Part shown: in pieces, positions 8,774-19,600 of the stretch
Layout: each line of letters begins with the position of its first letter
Numbering within the stretch: the stretch's first letter is position 1
From: a virus
Strand: one strand, 5' to 3'
Length of the DNA: 64,000 bases
Virus record (IMG/VR): IMGVR_UViG_3300042731_009106
Coordinates: 32,001-96,000 of that record
Notes under the pieces: generated by a model
What the model saw: the letters and a program-made list of their open reading frames with translations, nothing else
Databases searched by the model: none
Told to the model about the DNA's origin: nothing
Translations under genes and position numbers: made by a program

Positions 8774-9769
8774 ATGAATAATTCTTTGGGCATAGTGTGT
8801 TGTTACTTTAACCCAATTAATTATCAATCAAAATACAATAATTTTATAAAATTTTACGACTCTTTAAACTCATATCATAAAGATATATTAGTTATAGAGC
8901 TAAAGCACCCATCAACATCATTATCATTACCTAGTCATATCAACTCCCATATAGTTTACTCTGACCAAATTTTATGGCACAAAGAAAATCTTTTAAATAT
9001 TGGCATCAAAAAATTAATAGATAAAGGCTACGAAAACATAGCATGGTTAGATGGAGATATAATCTTTGATGATTCGTATTGGGTAGAAGATTGCATTGAG
9101 AGTTTAAGGCATTATAATTTGTGTCAACTTTTTTCAAGAGTATATCAATCAAACAAAAACCAACCAAACTTCAACCAAGGTTGTGTTCGCTACTGGAGGT
9201 CTACAGGAAACATCATACCAATTAGCGGAACATATCATACTGGTTTTGCTTGGGCGGCTAAATCCTCCATACTTAAAGAATGCTTACTATATGACAAGGG
9301 TCTATTAGGTGGAGCTGACAGCTTAATGTGGCTAGCTTCTTTTTATAATAGTGAATTAAGCTGGTTTGAAATCTTTAAACACCATCCACTATCTCGTGTT
9401 TTAGAAACAGATTTCTTAGATAATTTTTATGAATGGGCAATGCGCTGGTCTCAAGTAGTAAAATCTAATGTCGGTCATGTTTTTTGCCCAATAGTTAGCT
9501 TATCTCACGGCGCTACTCAAAATAGAAAATATATATCTAGATATAAGGGATTAATTGAATCAGGATATAATCCAAATAAAGATATTTATTATAAAAATGG
9601 AGTTATTCACACAACCAACCAAACTCTTCATTTAAAATCAATAGAATATTTTCAATCTAGAAAAGAAGACAAAAAAACAATAACAGAAAAAATATCAAAC
9701 AAGATAGAAGAATTTAATAATAAAAATTTACTAGATAAATTAGATTCAGATTTCTTAAATAAATATTAA
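8774..9769 (+). CDS. Putative GT-A fold glycosyltransferase
   Basis: CCYFNP, LWHKENLLN, IAWLDGDIIF (DxD), TGFAWA. Confidence 0.7.
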   Translation: MNNSLGIVCCYFNPINYQSKYNNFIKFYDSLNSYHKDILVIELKHPSTSLSLPSHINSHIVYSDQILWHKENLLNIGIKKLIDKGYENIAWLDGDIIFDDSYWVEDCIESLRHYNLCQLFSRVYQSNKNQPNFNQGCVRYWRSTGNIIPISGTYHTGFAWAAKSSILKECLLYDKGLLGGADSLMWLASFYNSELSWFEIFKHHPLSRVLETDFLDNFYEWAMRWSQVVKSNVGHVFCPIVSLSHGATQNRKYISRYKGLIESGYNPNKDIYYKNGVIHTTNQTLHLKSIEYFQSRKEDKKTITEKISNKIEEFNNKNLLDKLDSDFLNKY

Positions 9770-9957
9770 TATAGGCAACTTGTTTCCTTAGAAGGTTTAC
9801 CCCAAACCCATAATTTATTGATTTTAGTTCTACCTCTCTTAATTATCACAGCATGTAAAACATTGAAGAATGTTTTCTGGGCATAGTATATTAATGCATA
9901 TATACCTATGCACTCCCTCAAAACACTTTGAGAAATCATTGCTACTCTAGCCGACAT
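9766..9957 (-). CDS. Small hypothetical protein (reverse strand)
   Basis: Fills the gap between plus-strand genes; GTGTAA on minus strand 9 nt before its ATG. Confidence 0.6.
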   Translation of the reverse strand: MSARVAMISQSVLRECIGIYALIYYAQKTFFNVLHAVIIKRGRTKINKLWVWGKPSKETSCLY

Positions 9958-9966
9958 TATAATCTA

Positions 9967-9972
9967 TTACAC
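9967..9972 (-). promoter_or_regulatory. GTGTAW motif (minus strand)
   Basis: ttacac on plus strand; 9 nt before ATG 9957. Confidence 0.55.
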
Positions 9973-10010
9973 TTTTATAGAAAGAATACCACTAGATTAT
10001 AATATAATTT

Positions 10011-11726
10011 GTGAAATTATACAGTTATTATACACCTTCCCATGAGGTTTTCTTTAAAAATTTTCTTTTACCTACGGCAAAAAGAGAGTACGAATTAGTT
10101 TCACATGAAGAAAAGTATCAATTTTGCCCCTCTGCTAATTTTGAATCTAATGGCTGGAGAGAGACTCAGTATAATAAAGTTTTGTTTTGGATTGAGGCAA
10201 TTCAAGATAACATGGGTGAATTAATTTTATGCACAGATGCTGACATACAGTTCCTAGGTCCCACTAAATCTTTACTAAAGGCAACAATGGGAAGAAACGA
10301 CCTGCTGTTTCAAAAAAATAATGTTTCAGGACATATATGTTCAGGTTTTTTTGTATGTAGATGTTCTTATAAAACCTTGAATATTTTTGAAATTATCGCA
10401 AAACGACTTAAGTCTATAATGCATATTGATGGAGGTGGAGAGCAGTATGTAATGCAAGATTTATTTAAAGAAGGTTGGCATGGCCTCAAGATTGGCATGC
10501 TTGATAGATCTAAATTTTGGTGCCCCGGCAAGACCTATGAGGACACTTCTTCCCTAAATATACCTTCTGAAATTTTGATGCATCATGCAAACTGGACGGT
10601 CGGCATTGATAATAAAATCAAACAACTAGAACATGTTAAAAGCTTTATTCTACAAAATTCATCTCCATACCAACCCCTTCACCTTAAAAGCAATGAGCTT
10701 GACAAGAACAACCTCAAAATAGCAATGTGCCTTTCTTCTTTATTAAGAGATTTTGATGTGTTTTCAATTTCTCTGGTATGTAGAGTTTTAAAATCTTTAC
10801 CAGTTAAACCTGATCTAATCTGCCATTTTCCGAAATGCTCAAATAGCAAATTTAATAAGAATATTATTGATTCATTATCTCCTTATGTTAATGATTTTTT
10901 TATTGAGTTCGAAGATGATCCTGCATTACCTGATTCACACTTATCTATGTCGAATAACATGGCTTTTCAGCGTAGTGGAATAAAAGGCAATTTACTTCAA
11001 TGGCATTCTCTTAAAAAATGTTCTATAATTCTAAAAAATGCGCACGAAAAAAAAGATTACAATTGGGTTATTTGGTCTAGACCAGATTTATATTTCTTTA
11101 ATAATTTAGATAATATCCCAAACTTAGATAATAGATACTATTACACCTCTGCCCACGACAACCATTTACAGGGAATAAACGATAGGTTTTGCTTGGGAAA
11201 TTTTCAAGACGTTTACAATAGAATGAATATATATGATTATTTTGTGAAGGAGTGGTATCCAAAATATCACAATAATAAAAGATACCTTACCTTTAACAAG
11301 TCTACAGATTCTCACTGCTGGAATCCAGAGCTTGTGCTTAAACATTTTTTAACGAAAAAATTAAAATTAAAAACCAAAAAGTTAGACCTATGCTTTGGTA
11401 AAATCAGGAACAAGTTTTATGTAACAGCTCCCTTTTGGCATTCTTTATATTCTACACGTTTAAGTTCGTCCGAATGTAAGGATGACATTGTTAATCATTA
11501 TGTGTTAGATATTATTGATAAATTACCTCAGTTCAAGCAGTATGAAGAATCTCCTTGGCCTTTAGTTAAAATTCTAGATGATACAATAATGTTCAACCAC
11601 CCTGATCGAATTAAAGAAAACTTTCACAACATTCCAATAGATTCAGAAACTACATTCTATACAAAAAAAGGTTTCATCAATAGCTTATTAACAAAGCTTC
11701 AATTAAAGTCAATGAGCATAAAATGA
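10011..11726 (+). CDS. Two-domain glycosyltransferase: nucleotide-diphospho-sugar transferase-like plus second GT-like domain
   Basis: LCTDADIQF, ICSGFFV, MHHANW; C-terminal IAMCLSS..R, WSRPDL, NDRFCLG. Confidence 0.7.
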   Translation: MKLYSYYTPSHEVFFKNFLLPTAKREYELVSHEEKYQFCPSANFESNGWRETQYNKVLFWIEAIQDNMGELILCTDADIQFLGPTKSLLKATMGRNDLLFQKNNVSGHICSGFFVCRCSYKTLNIFEIIAKRLKSIMHIDGGGEQYVMQDLFKEGWHGLKIGMLDRSKFWCPGKTYEDTSSLNIPSEILMHHANWTVGIDNKIKQLEHVKSFILQNSSPYQPLHLKSNELDKNNLKIAMCLSSLLRDFDVFSISLVCRVLKSLPVKPDLICHFPKCSNSKFNKNIIDSLSPYVNDFFIEFEDDPALPDSHLSMSNNMAFQRSGIKGNLLQWHSLKKCSIILKNAHEKKDYNWVIWSRPDLYFFNNLDNIPNLDNRYYYTSAHDNHLQGINDRFCLGNFQDVYNRMNIYDYFVKEWYPKYHNNKRYLTFNKSTDSHCWNPELVLKHFLTKKLKLKTKKLDLCFGKIRNKFYVTAPFWHSLYSTRLSSSECKDDIVNHYVLDIIDKLPQFKQYEESPWPLVKILDDTIMFNHPDRIKENFHNIPIDSETTFYTKKGFINSLLTKLQLKSMSIK

Positions 11727-12811
11727 ATTTAGATACTTTTATAGAAAATAAATTCCCTAAGTTTCGTCAGTATTTTAATACTGATCATAATTTTTCCATT
11801 GATTATTTTTTTAATCAAGAACCTAATAGCTCTTTTACTAAAATACCCAAAACTATAGACATTAGTATTCATAGTTCCATTGAAGATTATATTAGTAAAA
11901 TTAAAACTTATTCTCCTCCTAATTATTATGTAGCAAATACCAAAGATATTGAGGTTATAGCTATGAATGATGTAGGCTCTGTTAATGTTGTTGGCAACAA
12001 TAATATAGTTTTTTCTGATGTATCAACCAGATATGAATTTGATAATTTTTCATACAAAAGAGATTATTACTTTACAGGCAATAATGTTTTATTGTCTTTG
12101 GATTCTGGGTCTAACTACTTTCATTGGGTGTGTCAAATTTTACCAAGAATTAAGCTTCTAGAAGAAAGTGGATTAAAATGGTCTAAGGTTAATAAAATAT
12201 TAATACCTGAAATTAGAGGCCGCTTTGTAAAAGAAAGCTTAAGGACATTAAATGTTCCTATGGATAAATTGGTTGAACAAAAATCTGGATGCAAATATAA
12301 GTTTGAAAATTTATATATTCCCTCAAAGCCAAACAATCATATACACTTATCTAAATGGTCCATAGATTTTCTAAGGGAAACCTTTATACAAAAATCAAAT
12401 CAATCTAAATTACCTAAAAAGATTTTTATCTCCAGAAAAGAAAAATCAGGAAGGCACATTAATAATGAAAAACCTGTTGAAAAGGTTTTAAAAAATTTTG
12501 GCTTCCAAAAGTTCATCTTAGATGACATGTCTATTTTTGATCAAGCTATCTTATTTAATAATGCCTCTCATATCATTACTTCACATGGTGCAAGTTTAGC
12601 TAATTTAGTTTTCTGCAATCAAAACACTAAAGTTTTTGAACTATTTAATCCAAATTATTTCCATGCATTATATTGGTCTATTTGCAATAATCTAGATTTA
12701 GATTATTATTATATGATATGTGAATCACCAGATTCTCAAAATCATAAAAATGCCTCTTTAAAAATCAACTTAAATGATTTAAAAAACATACTTAATCATG
12801 CTAATCAATAA
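11723..12811 (+). CDS. Glycosyltransferase family 61 (DUF563)-like
   Basis: NYFHW...LPR, KIFISRK...R.I.NE, MSIFDQA.LF..A..II..HGA.LANL.F. Confidence 0.88.
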   Translation: MNLDTFIENKFPKFRQYFNTDHNFSIDYFFNQEPNSSFTKIPKTIDISIHSSIEDYISKIKTYSPPNYYVANTKDIEVIAMNDVGSVNVVGNNNIVFSDVSTRYEFDNFSYKRDYYFTGNNVLLSLDSGSNYFHWVCQILPRIKLLEESGLKWSKVNKILIPEIRGRFVKESLRTLNVPMDKLVEQKSGCKYKFENLYIPSKPNNHIHLSKWSIDFLRETFIQKSNQSKLPKKIFISRKEKSGRHINNEKPVEKVLKNFGFQKFILDDMSIFDQAILFNNASHIITSHGASLANLVFCNQNTKVFELFNPNYFHALYWSICNNLDLDYYYMICESPDSQNHKNASLKINLNDLKNILNHANQ

Positions 12812-13856
12812 AAAAAATTTCTTCAATAAAAGTGAAGCTTTAGGGCTTAATGATGATTTCGGTAATTTCAATATATCTCCAACGAAATCTAATCCATCTG
12901 GTAAAATTAATCTATCCAAGCAGCCAGCACTTTCAACTCATAGAGGTGGATGGAAATCTGTCGTAAACAAGATGATAGACACAGTTCATAACGAGTCTGG
13001 TCTCCCATTTTACTCTTTCTTAGAACACCCCTTTCAGTGGTTTCGTCACGAGCACGAAACTAACAAAATTATTCCATTTAAAAAACCTTGGTCAGGCATT
13101 TTACACAACCCACATAATATACCAGACTGGTATTCACTACCTAACCATTTGCATGAAGACGATTTATTTTTACAGAGCCTTAATGCATGCAAAGGTCTTT
13201 TTACAATGTCAGAATATCATGCTAAATTTTTAAGGTCAAAACTTCCTAACACAATTAAAATTGAAACCATCCTACACCCTTATGACGATGAAGAAGTTAA
13301 GCAGTTCGCTTTTTATAAATACAGAAAAAACAAGCAAATAGTTAATATTGGTTATTGGCTAAGAAGACAAACTTCATTTTTCAATTTAATAGCACCCAAA
13401 CATACTAAAATTAAATTGTGGCCATATAAAAAAAATAGCTTTTCTTACTCTTTTGTTTTAAGAAAGCTGTACTTAGAATCAGAAAGACTATCTAGCCCTT
13501 TTAGATTTAATAGTTTAAAGCATTTGCATCAGATTAACGATAAAAAGTATGATGATCTCTTGTCTACTTCTATAGTTTTTTTGGACCTTTTTGATACTAG
13601 CGCGAACAATGCCATACTTGAATGTATTCAGAGGGCCACTCCAATATTGTGTTCAAAGTGCGACGCTGCCGTAGAATACCTAGGGGAAGATTATCCTTTA
13701 TTTTTTAATGGGCTTTCTCAAGTTCCAGATCTTCTTAATGAAGAGATTTTATATAATGCTCATTTATACCTTATAGATATACAAAAAAAAGAAACTTTAA
13801 CTTTAGATACATACATCAAAAACCTAAAAAGTAGCTTACTGTATAATATATTTTAG
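12798..13856 (+). CDS. Putative glycosyltransferase (GT-B-like family)
   Basis: HRGGWK, HNP, IGYWLR, YDDLL...IVFL.L.D.SANNA.LECI.R.TP, VEYLGEDYPL. Confidence 0.6.
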   Translation: MLINKKNFFNKSEALGLNDDFGNFNISPTKSNPSGKINLSKQPALSTHRGGWKSVVNKMIDTVHNESGLPFYSFLEHPFQWFRHEHETNKIIPFKKPWSGILHNPHNIPDWYSLPNHLHEDDLFLQSLNACKGLFTMSEYHAKFLRSKLPNTIKIETILHPYDDEEVKQFAFYKYRKNKQIVNIGYWLRRQTSFFNLIAPKHTKIKLWPYKKNSFSYSFVLRKLYLESERLSSPFRFNSLKHLHQINDKKYDDLLSTSIVFLDLFDTSANNAILECIQRATPILCSKCDAAVEYLGEDYPLFFNGLSQVPDLLNEEILYNAHLYLIDIQKKETLTLDTYIKNLKSSLLYNIF

Positions 13857-13857
13857 C

Positions 13858-14610
13858 ATGAAAGATTTTACTATTGTCATTCCGGTATCTAGTAAACCTA
13901 AGGATATTTTTTTATTCAAAAATATTCTTTACCCAACCTTACAAAAACTTGAATGCGAAATAGTTATAGTGTCAAATGAACCCTTTGGTACAGTTAAAGA
14001 TTCAAACTTCCAAAGGGAAGGTTGTATGGACAGTTGGAGATTCCAGCAGTGCATTAAATTAGATGTTTCTAAAATGATTAAAACAGAATGGTATTTATGC
14101 CTAGATTCAGATTGTTTCCTTACTGGTTTTAGTAGTTTTTTTTACAATAATAAGCCTAAACTTAATATCGAAAAAACACCTCAAATGTCAATAGGTAGTC
14201 ATGCAGAATGGTGGATACAAGCCTCTATTTTTTTAAAACTTCCTGTACCCTCAACTTGGTGCGGAGTAACCCCAATGTTTTTACATACTAAAACAGTTAA
14301 ATCCATGCTTAAAAAATATAGCTACAATAAACTAAAGCATTTCATTAATATTGGTGCAACTGAATACAGTTTATACTGGACTTATTTTTGTAGTATCCAT
14401 AACGACTATCGAGATTATTATTGCAGCAAACCATTATCTTTTGGTGTCTATGATAAATCTTTTGGTGAAATTGATTCTTCTTTGGCTGATTTAACTAAAG
14501 CTTTTGCACCTTGCAAAACAGTTCCTATCGGATTAATTCAATCAACTTTAAACTATAATGGGAAAAGCTTAGCCTCCTTACTGCCTAAATTATGGAAAAC
14601 AGTGAATTAA
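13858..14610 (+). CDS. GT-A-like protein (DUF6492-like), paralog 1
   Basis: W..QQ.IKL, WYLCLDSDC, CGVTPM, GATEY.LYW. Confidence 0.65.
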   Translation: MKDFTIVIPVSSKPKDIFLFKNILYPTLQKLECEIVIVSNEPFGTVKDSNFQREGCMDSWRFQQCIKLDVSKMIKTEWYLCLDSDCFLTGFSSFFYNNKPKLNIEKTPQMSIGSHAEWWIQASIFLKLPVPSTWCGVTPMFLHTKTVKSMLKKYSYNKLKHFINIGATEYSLYWTYFCSIHNDYRDYYCSKPLSFGVYDKSFGEIDSSLADLTKAFAPCKTVPIGLIQSTLNYNGKSLASLLPKLWKTVN

Positions 14611-15344
14611 TTACAATAGTCGTTCCAGTCAAGGGCAATGATGATGCATTGCGCTACTCTTTAATACTAGAACCCTGCTTAAAAAGACTTAATGCAGAAT
14701 TCATTGTTGTTACAGATGAAGATTTAGATAATAAATTTTCAGATTCTAATTTTGATTTATCAAAACTATCATCTGGATGGGTAAAGCAGCAGTATATTAA
14801 ACTTGCTATATCAAAATATATAAAAACACCATGGTATCTTTGTTTAGATTCAGATTGTTTTTTTACTAAATTTGAAAATGTAGATGATTTATTTTTATCT
14901 GAAGACAGGAACACTGCATTCTATAATGAAGAAACAGGATCTCACCCTGAATGGTGGAAATCATCAAGTAAATTTTTATCGCTACCAACCCCCAAAGAAC
15001 AATGCGGAGTAACCCCAATGATGTTAAAGACTTCTTTAAGTGAAAAGTTACTCTCTAATATAGGTCATAAAAATATTAAAAAGTTTTTAGAAAGAGGCGC
15101 TACAGAGTATACTCTTTATTGGACATACAATTCTCCCTATAATTATTATACTAAAAAGAATATTTCCTATGGAGTTTACCCACAGGCTGCTTCTTTTGAT
15201 TGTTTTGTGCAAAATCCTGATTGTTATGATAATATAAGTAATCAGCCTTGGCTCGACTACCCCATAGGTTTAATTCAATCAACAATGAAACATAATCCAT
15301 TTTTTTTAAAACAAGCTATTAATAAAATTCATGAAAATATTTGA
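14592..15344 (+). CDS. GT-A-like protein (DUF6492-like), paralog 2
   Basis: Same motifs as 13858-14610; tandem duplicate. Confidence 0.65.
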   Translation: MENSELITIVVPVKGNDDALRYSLILEPCLKRLNAEFIVVTDEDLDNKFSDSNFDLSKLSSGWVKQQYIKLAISKYIKTPWYLCLDSDCFFTKFENVDDLFLSEDRNTAFYNEETGSHPEWWKSSSKFLSLPTPKEQCGVTPMMLKTSLSEKLLSNIGHKNIKKFLERGATEYTLYWTYNSPYNYYTKKNISYGVYPQAASFDCFVQNPDCYDNISNQPWLDYPIGLIQSTMKHNPFFLKQAINKIHENI

Positions 15345-16692
15345 AAAAATCAAAAATTATTTTAAACCAAAAGATGATTACTGTATGTTTTACATACTAT
15401 CTTTATTGCGAAATGACAGACATACTTTCATACATAAAAATTTATCCATATATGATCAATTTGAATTATTTCAATCAGTTAATGGTTATAAAGAAGAAGA
15501 AACCTTAAAAGAATTAAAGGCATCTGGCTTAAAGTTTAGTAATCTTCATGACGCAAATTCTTTGCGGTATGGAGTTTTAGCTAATTTTTTGACAAAGTAT
15601 AAAATGCTTGAATTTCAAGTAGAGCACGAAATACCTTATATGTGTATGATTGAGGACGATGTGATTATTAATAATAAATTTGTAGATTTTATTTACCATC
15701 AAGCATTACATAGTTTCAAGAAAGATCCTAAGTTAAATATTATTAGATTAGGAACTTGGGGCGAAGGCTATATCACCTCTTTACCTTCTGCAAGAAGGAT
15801 ATTAAAATTAATCAGGCATAAAGGTATTTGCGAAAACATAGATAACCAATTACGAAAATACTGTGGTCCGGAAAAAAACATATCAAAACGTTGCTTTGAT
15901 GTAATTTACGGATTAGCTAGCAAACCTAATTCCGGCGATTGCTTAAACACTGATTTTATTGATTTATCAAAAATTGATCCATTTAACTTAAAAAATGCAG
16001 ATGTCAAAAATTATTGCAAATACCATGATAAAAAAATAATGTACTTTTCCCAAAACGGTACAGACAAATACCTGCAAGATCATTTATTTAAGGGGAAGGA
16101 AGAATGTTTTTTTGTTGATATAGGTGCAACTAATGGCATCAACTCCAATAATACACTAACCCTCGAAAGATGTTTTGACTGGAAGGGGTTATTAATTGAA
16201 CCTTCTTTAGAGTTTGAAAATCTTTTTACCCATAGAAGCAACAGGGGATTCAACAGAGTAAGAAGTCAGTTTCTTTCCCATTCAAGTGGTGATTCTATTA
16301 AATTCGGCCATTGTAAAAAAAGCTGTTTTGCATCTGAATCGAAACGGGTATATGGAGCAAGTGAAGACTTCCACACTTACAATTTGACTTCTGTAACATT
16401 CACAGATCTTTTCTTACAAGACTATAAACCAGATAAAGTCATAGATTTTCTTTCAATTAGTTCTAACGGAACAGAGTTAGACATATTAGAAGGTATAAAT
16501 TTTAGCCTTTTAAATATCAGATCTATTTTAGTAAAATCAGACTTAGAAGATCAAATCTCACAGCTATTACAAAAGAAAAATTTTATAAAAATAAAAAAAA
16601 TCAGCAGATACATATTATTCGTTAATTACGATTCCTTCGGTTATTTTGATATAGATAATTATGATTTTCCTAATTGGGAGAATTCGTGGTAG
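15331..16692 (+). CDS. GT25-like domain fused to FkbM-type methyltransferase
   Basis: YMCMIEDD, WGEGY, ENIDNQL; C-terminal FVDIGATNG..SNNT..LE...W.GLLIEP, IDFLSI...G.E..IL.GI.F. Confidence 0.75.
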   Translation: MKIFEKIKNYFKPKDDYCMFYILSLLRNDRHTFIHKNLSIYDQFELFQSVNGYKEEETLKELKASGLKFSNLHDANSLRYGVLANFLTKYKMLEFQVEHEIPYMCMIEDDVIINNKFVDFIYHQALHSFKKDPKLNIIRLGTWGEGYITSLPSARRILKLIRHKGICENIDNQLRKYCGPEKNISKRCFDVIYGLASKPNSGDCLNTDFIDLSKIDPFNLKNADVKNYCKYHDKKIMYFSQNGTDKYLQDHLFKGKEECFFVDIGATNGINSNNTLTLERCFDWKGLLIEPSLEFENLFTHRSNRGFNRVRSQFLSHSSGDSIKFGHCKKSCFASESKRVYGASEDFHTYNLTSVTFTDLFLQDYKPDKVIDFLSISSNGTELDILEGINFSLLNIRSILVKSDLEDQISQLLQKKNFIKIKKISRYILFVNYDSFGYFDIDNYDFPNWENSW

Positions 16693-19600
16693 ATGAAAAC
16701 TTCAGAATCCATTAGTTACAATTATAGGCTGGCTGAAGTTATCTTCAACCCATACCCCTTTCCGGACAATTTATCTAATATTATAACTTCTAATTTTAAA
16801 GGATCAATAGGTTGGCATTATTTAAACTTAATAAAGTCAGACCCTTTTCTACAAAAATATATATCCTTGATAGGCAATCATTCAATTGAGTATTTACATA
16901 AAAACCATTCAGGGATCTTAAAAAAAATTTTCACTTACTTAGAAGAAAGTATTGTGAAGTATGATCCTTATTTTTATTTTAAACCTAGTATAAAAACTCA
17001 CTCTTTTCACTGCAGGGTTGGGGATGTTATAGATTTTTGTCAATTACATTCTGTAAAAGAACATCTAGATAAACCAATACCTTCAAATCAATGTAGATGT
17101 ATAAATCCAGACAACGAAAAACCTTTATCCAACATCGACTCAACGGTTTATATTTCTCCACTCTCTCATTATTCTAATTTTCAATCTCAACACATAACTC
17201 TTTTAAGCGGTGGATGTTTTCGTGAAGATGCTGATGACACTAGGTCTAAAATTTATATTCAAAAAATTAAAAACTCTTTGATAAAACAAGGCTTATCTGT
17301 TTATAGTAGATACAGAAAATCTGCTGATGAAGATCTCATTTATTCATTGAAATCTGATTTTTACACACCATCTAATAGTAGATTCTCTCAATTAATTTAT
17401 TATTTCAGAAAATTTATAAAAGAAACTAATCGTGAGAGTGTATATAAAAAGAAGATGACTCCCAACATTGCGATATTTTTTCCGTGCACACATAAAGAGT
17501 ATAAATCTGGGGAATTATTAACCTGCTTAAATAGGCTTTTCGAATCAAACCCTACAGAATCAGAATCTTTTGATTTGTTTTTTATTTTCAATAAAAACAC
17601 TGAAGACAATTACTCCAAACTTAGAGAGTTAGATCTCCCAAAATTTGTAAAGAACATTTTCATCCACTCTTTAGATTTAACAGCGGAAGATGATATATAC
17701 ATACAGCCTTGGGTCAACTCAAATATTCCAGACAAAATACCCCCATTGGGTTTAAGCTCTGGCCCTAACCAATCTTTTTTTAGGAGTTTTGATTATCTTA
17801 TTAGTCATGAGAATCAATATTCTCATTTCTTGTTACTCGAAACCGATGTGCATTTCCTACAAGAGGGTTGGTTTGATAAATGTATTAGTTTTTGTAAAGT
17901 TAATTTTTTCTCTATTGCAGGCTCAACTTACAAAGGTTTAAGGTCTGATCACAAAAACTCTACATACAAAGACCATCTTAACGGAGTAGCATTATACTCA
18001 AATACAAAACAACTCGAAAACATTTTACACAAATCAGAGCAAACCGTAAGAGAGTATGTTGCTGCCGGGAATTATTTCTTAAATTTTGACATTGGTATAG
18101 ATATTTTTAGACAGCTTGACGATGGTAATTTAATCTCTGATGCCAATAAATTCATTGACACTGATTTCATCATAAATTGCAGTGATACAGATAAAGATAT
18201 CGAACTTAGTAATCGTGATGTTTTGAGTTTTTTTCCTAATGCTCTTTTATTACATCAAAAAAAATTAAAAGACTCAACTCCAGAATTTAGTTTCATAGAA
18301 GATTCTGAAAAATACAATATAAAAACAAAAAAAACTTTTCTTTTTAATTTTTGCTCTCATACTTCAAAAGATAAAAAAATCCCTTTATTTTTCCACACCC
18401 CAAAGAATGCTGGGACTTACATTAATGGTAACATGCTCACATTCCTAAGGTTTTATGTTAGGCAATTTAACGAAAAAGTTAATTTCAACAAAGATCTTTT
18501 AGGTAAACCTTTTGACTTGAGAATTGTTGACAGTCAAGGTAACTCTCTTTTCAATATATATGGAATAGATGATAAATCAATCTTTAAAAATGATAACAAG
18601 TTTGTTTTCTTGCAAGGTATCACTTATTCTATAAACATCAATTACATCAACTTAGATTTATTAAATAGTATAGATGTTTTTTGCATTAACGTAACTGCTA
18701 AAGCTTTCCCCTTTTTTGAAAAAATTGGTGATTGGTTTGATAGCCTTTCTGTAAGCTTTTTGCCTTTTATATGTTTAAGAGACCCTTTTGAAAGGGCGCT
18801 TTCTTTATTTAAATACTTAGGTTCAGACTCTTCTATTCATGAGCCTACGCACCGTAAAATTATATCTAAAACATTTGAAGATTACATGGCTAGTAATCAA
18901 TTAGAAGATAGCTGGCTCATAAGGTCTCTATGTAGATCCCCAGTTAACCAAGATATTACCAATAAAGACCTTGAATCAACTCTTAGTTTATTGAGTTACT
19001 TTACTGTTTTTAGTATTCAAAATGTTGACATGAGTATTAATAAAATTTTTTATACAGCATATGGCTATAGCCGCTTTGATATTAGTGACGATTGGTTTAA
19101 CGATCTAAATTTCAACCAATCTTCATCAAAAGTAGATATAAATCTTCATACTCTTCCTCAAAATACACAAAAAGCTTTTAAAACTAGAACATTTAAAGAT
19201 CAGTTGATTTTTGATATTTTTATCAATAAAAAACCACATCAATATCAACAAATTAAAAACAATGTAATCTGTTATTATAATAAAATCGAAGGGAACTCTT
19301 TCTCCAAACAAAGTGAAGCCTTAGTTGACCGATGGTCTAAGAACTGGTCTTCGAAAGGTTGGAACCCAATTGTATTAGATTCAGATTTTGCAAAAGAAAA
19401 TCCTATGTATCACAAGTTAAATATAGGTGATTTGTCTAGCAATTTATATCATTCCTCAAACCACGGAAGTTTTGGTTCTGCTGAATATTTGTCTCAATGC
19501 TATACTCGATGGCTGGCTTATTCTTATTTTGTTTCTTTAAATGGATCGACTATATGGAGTGATTATGATGTATACAATCATTCCTTTACTTATGATAAAT

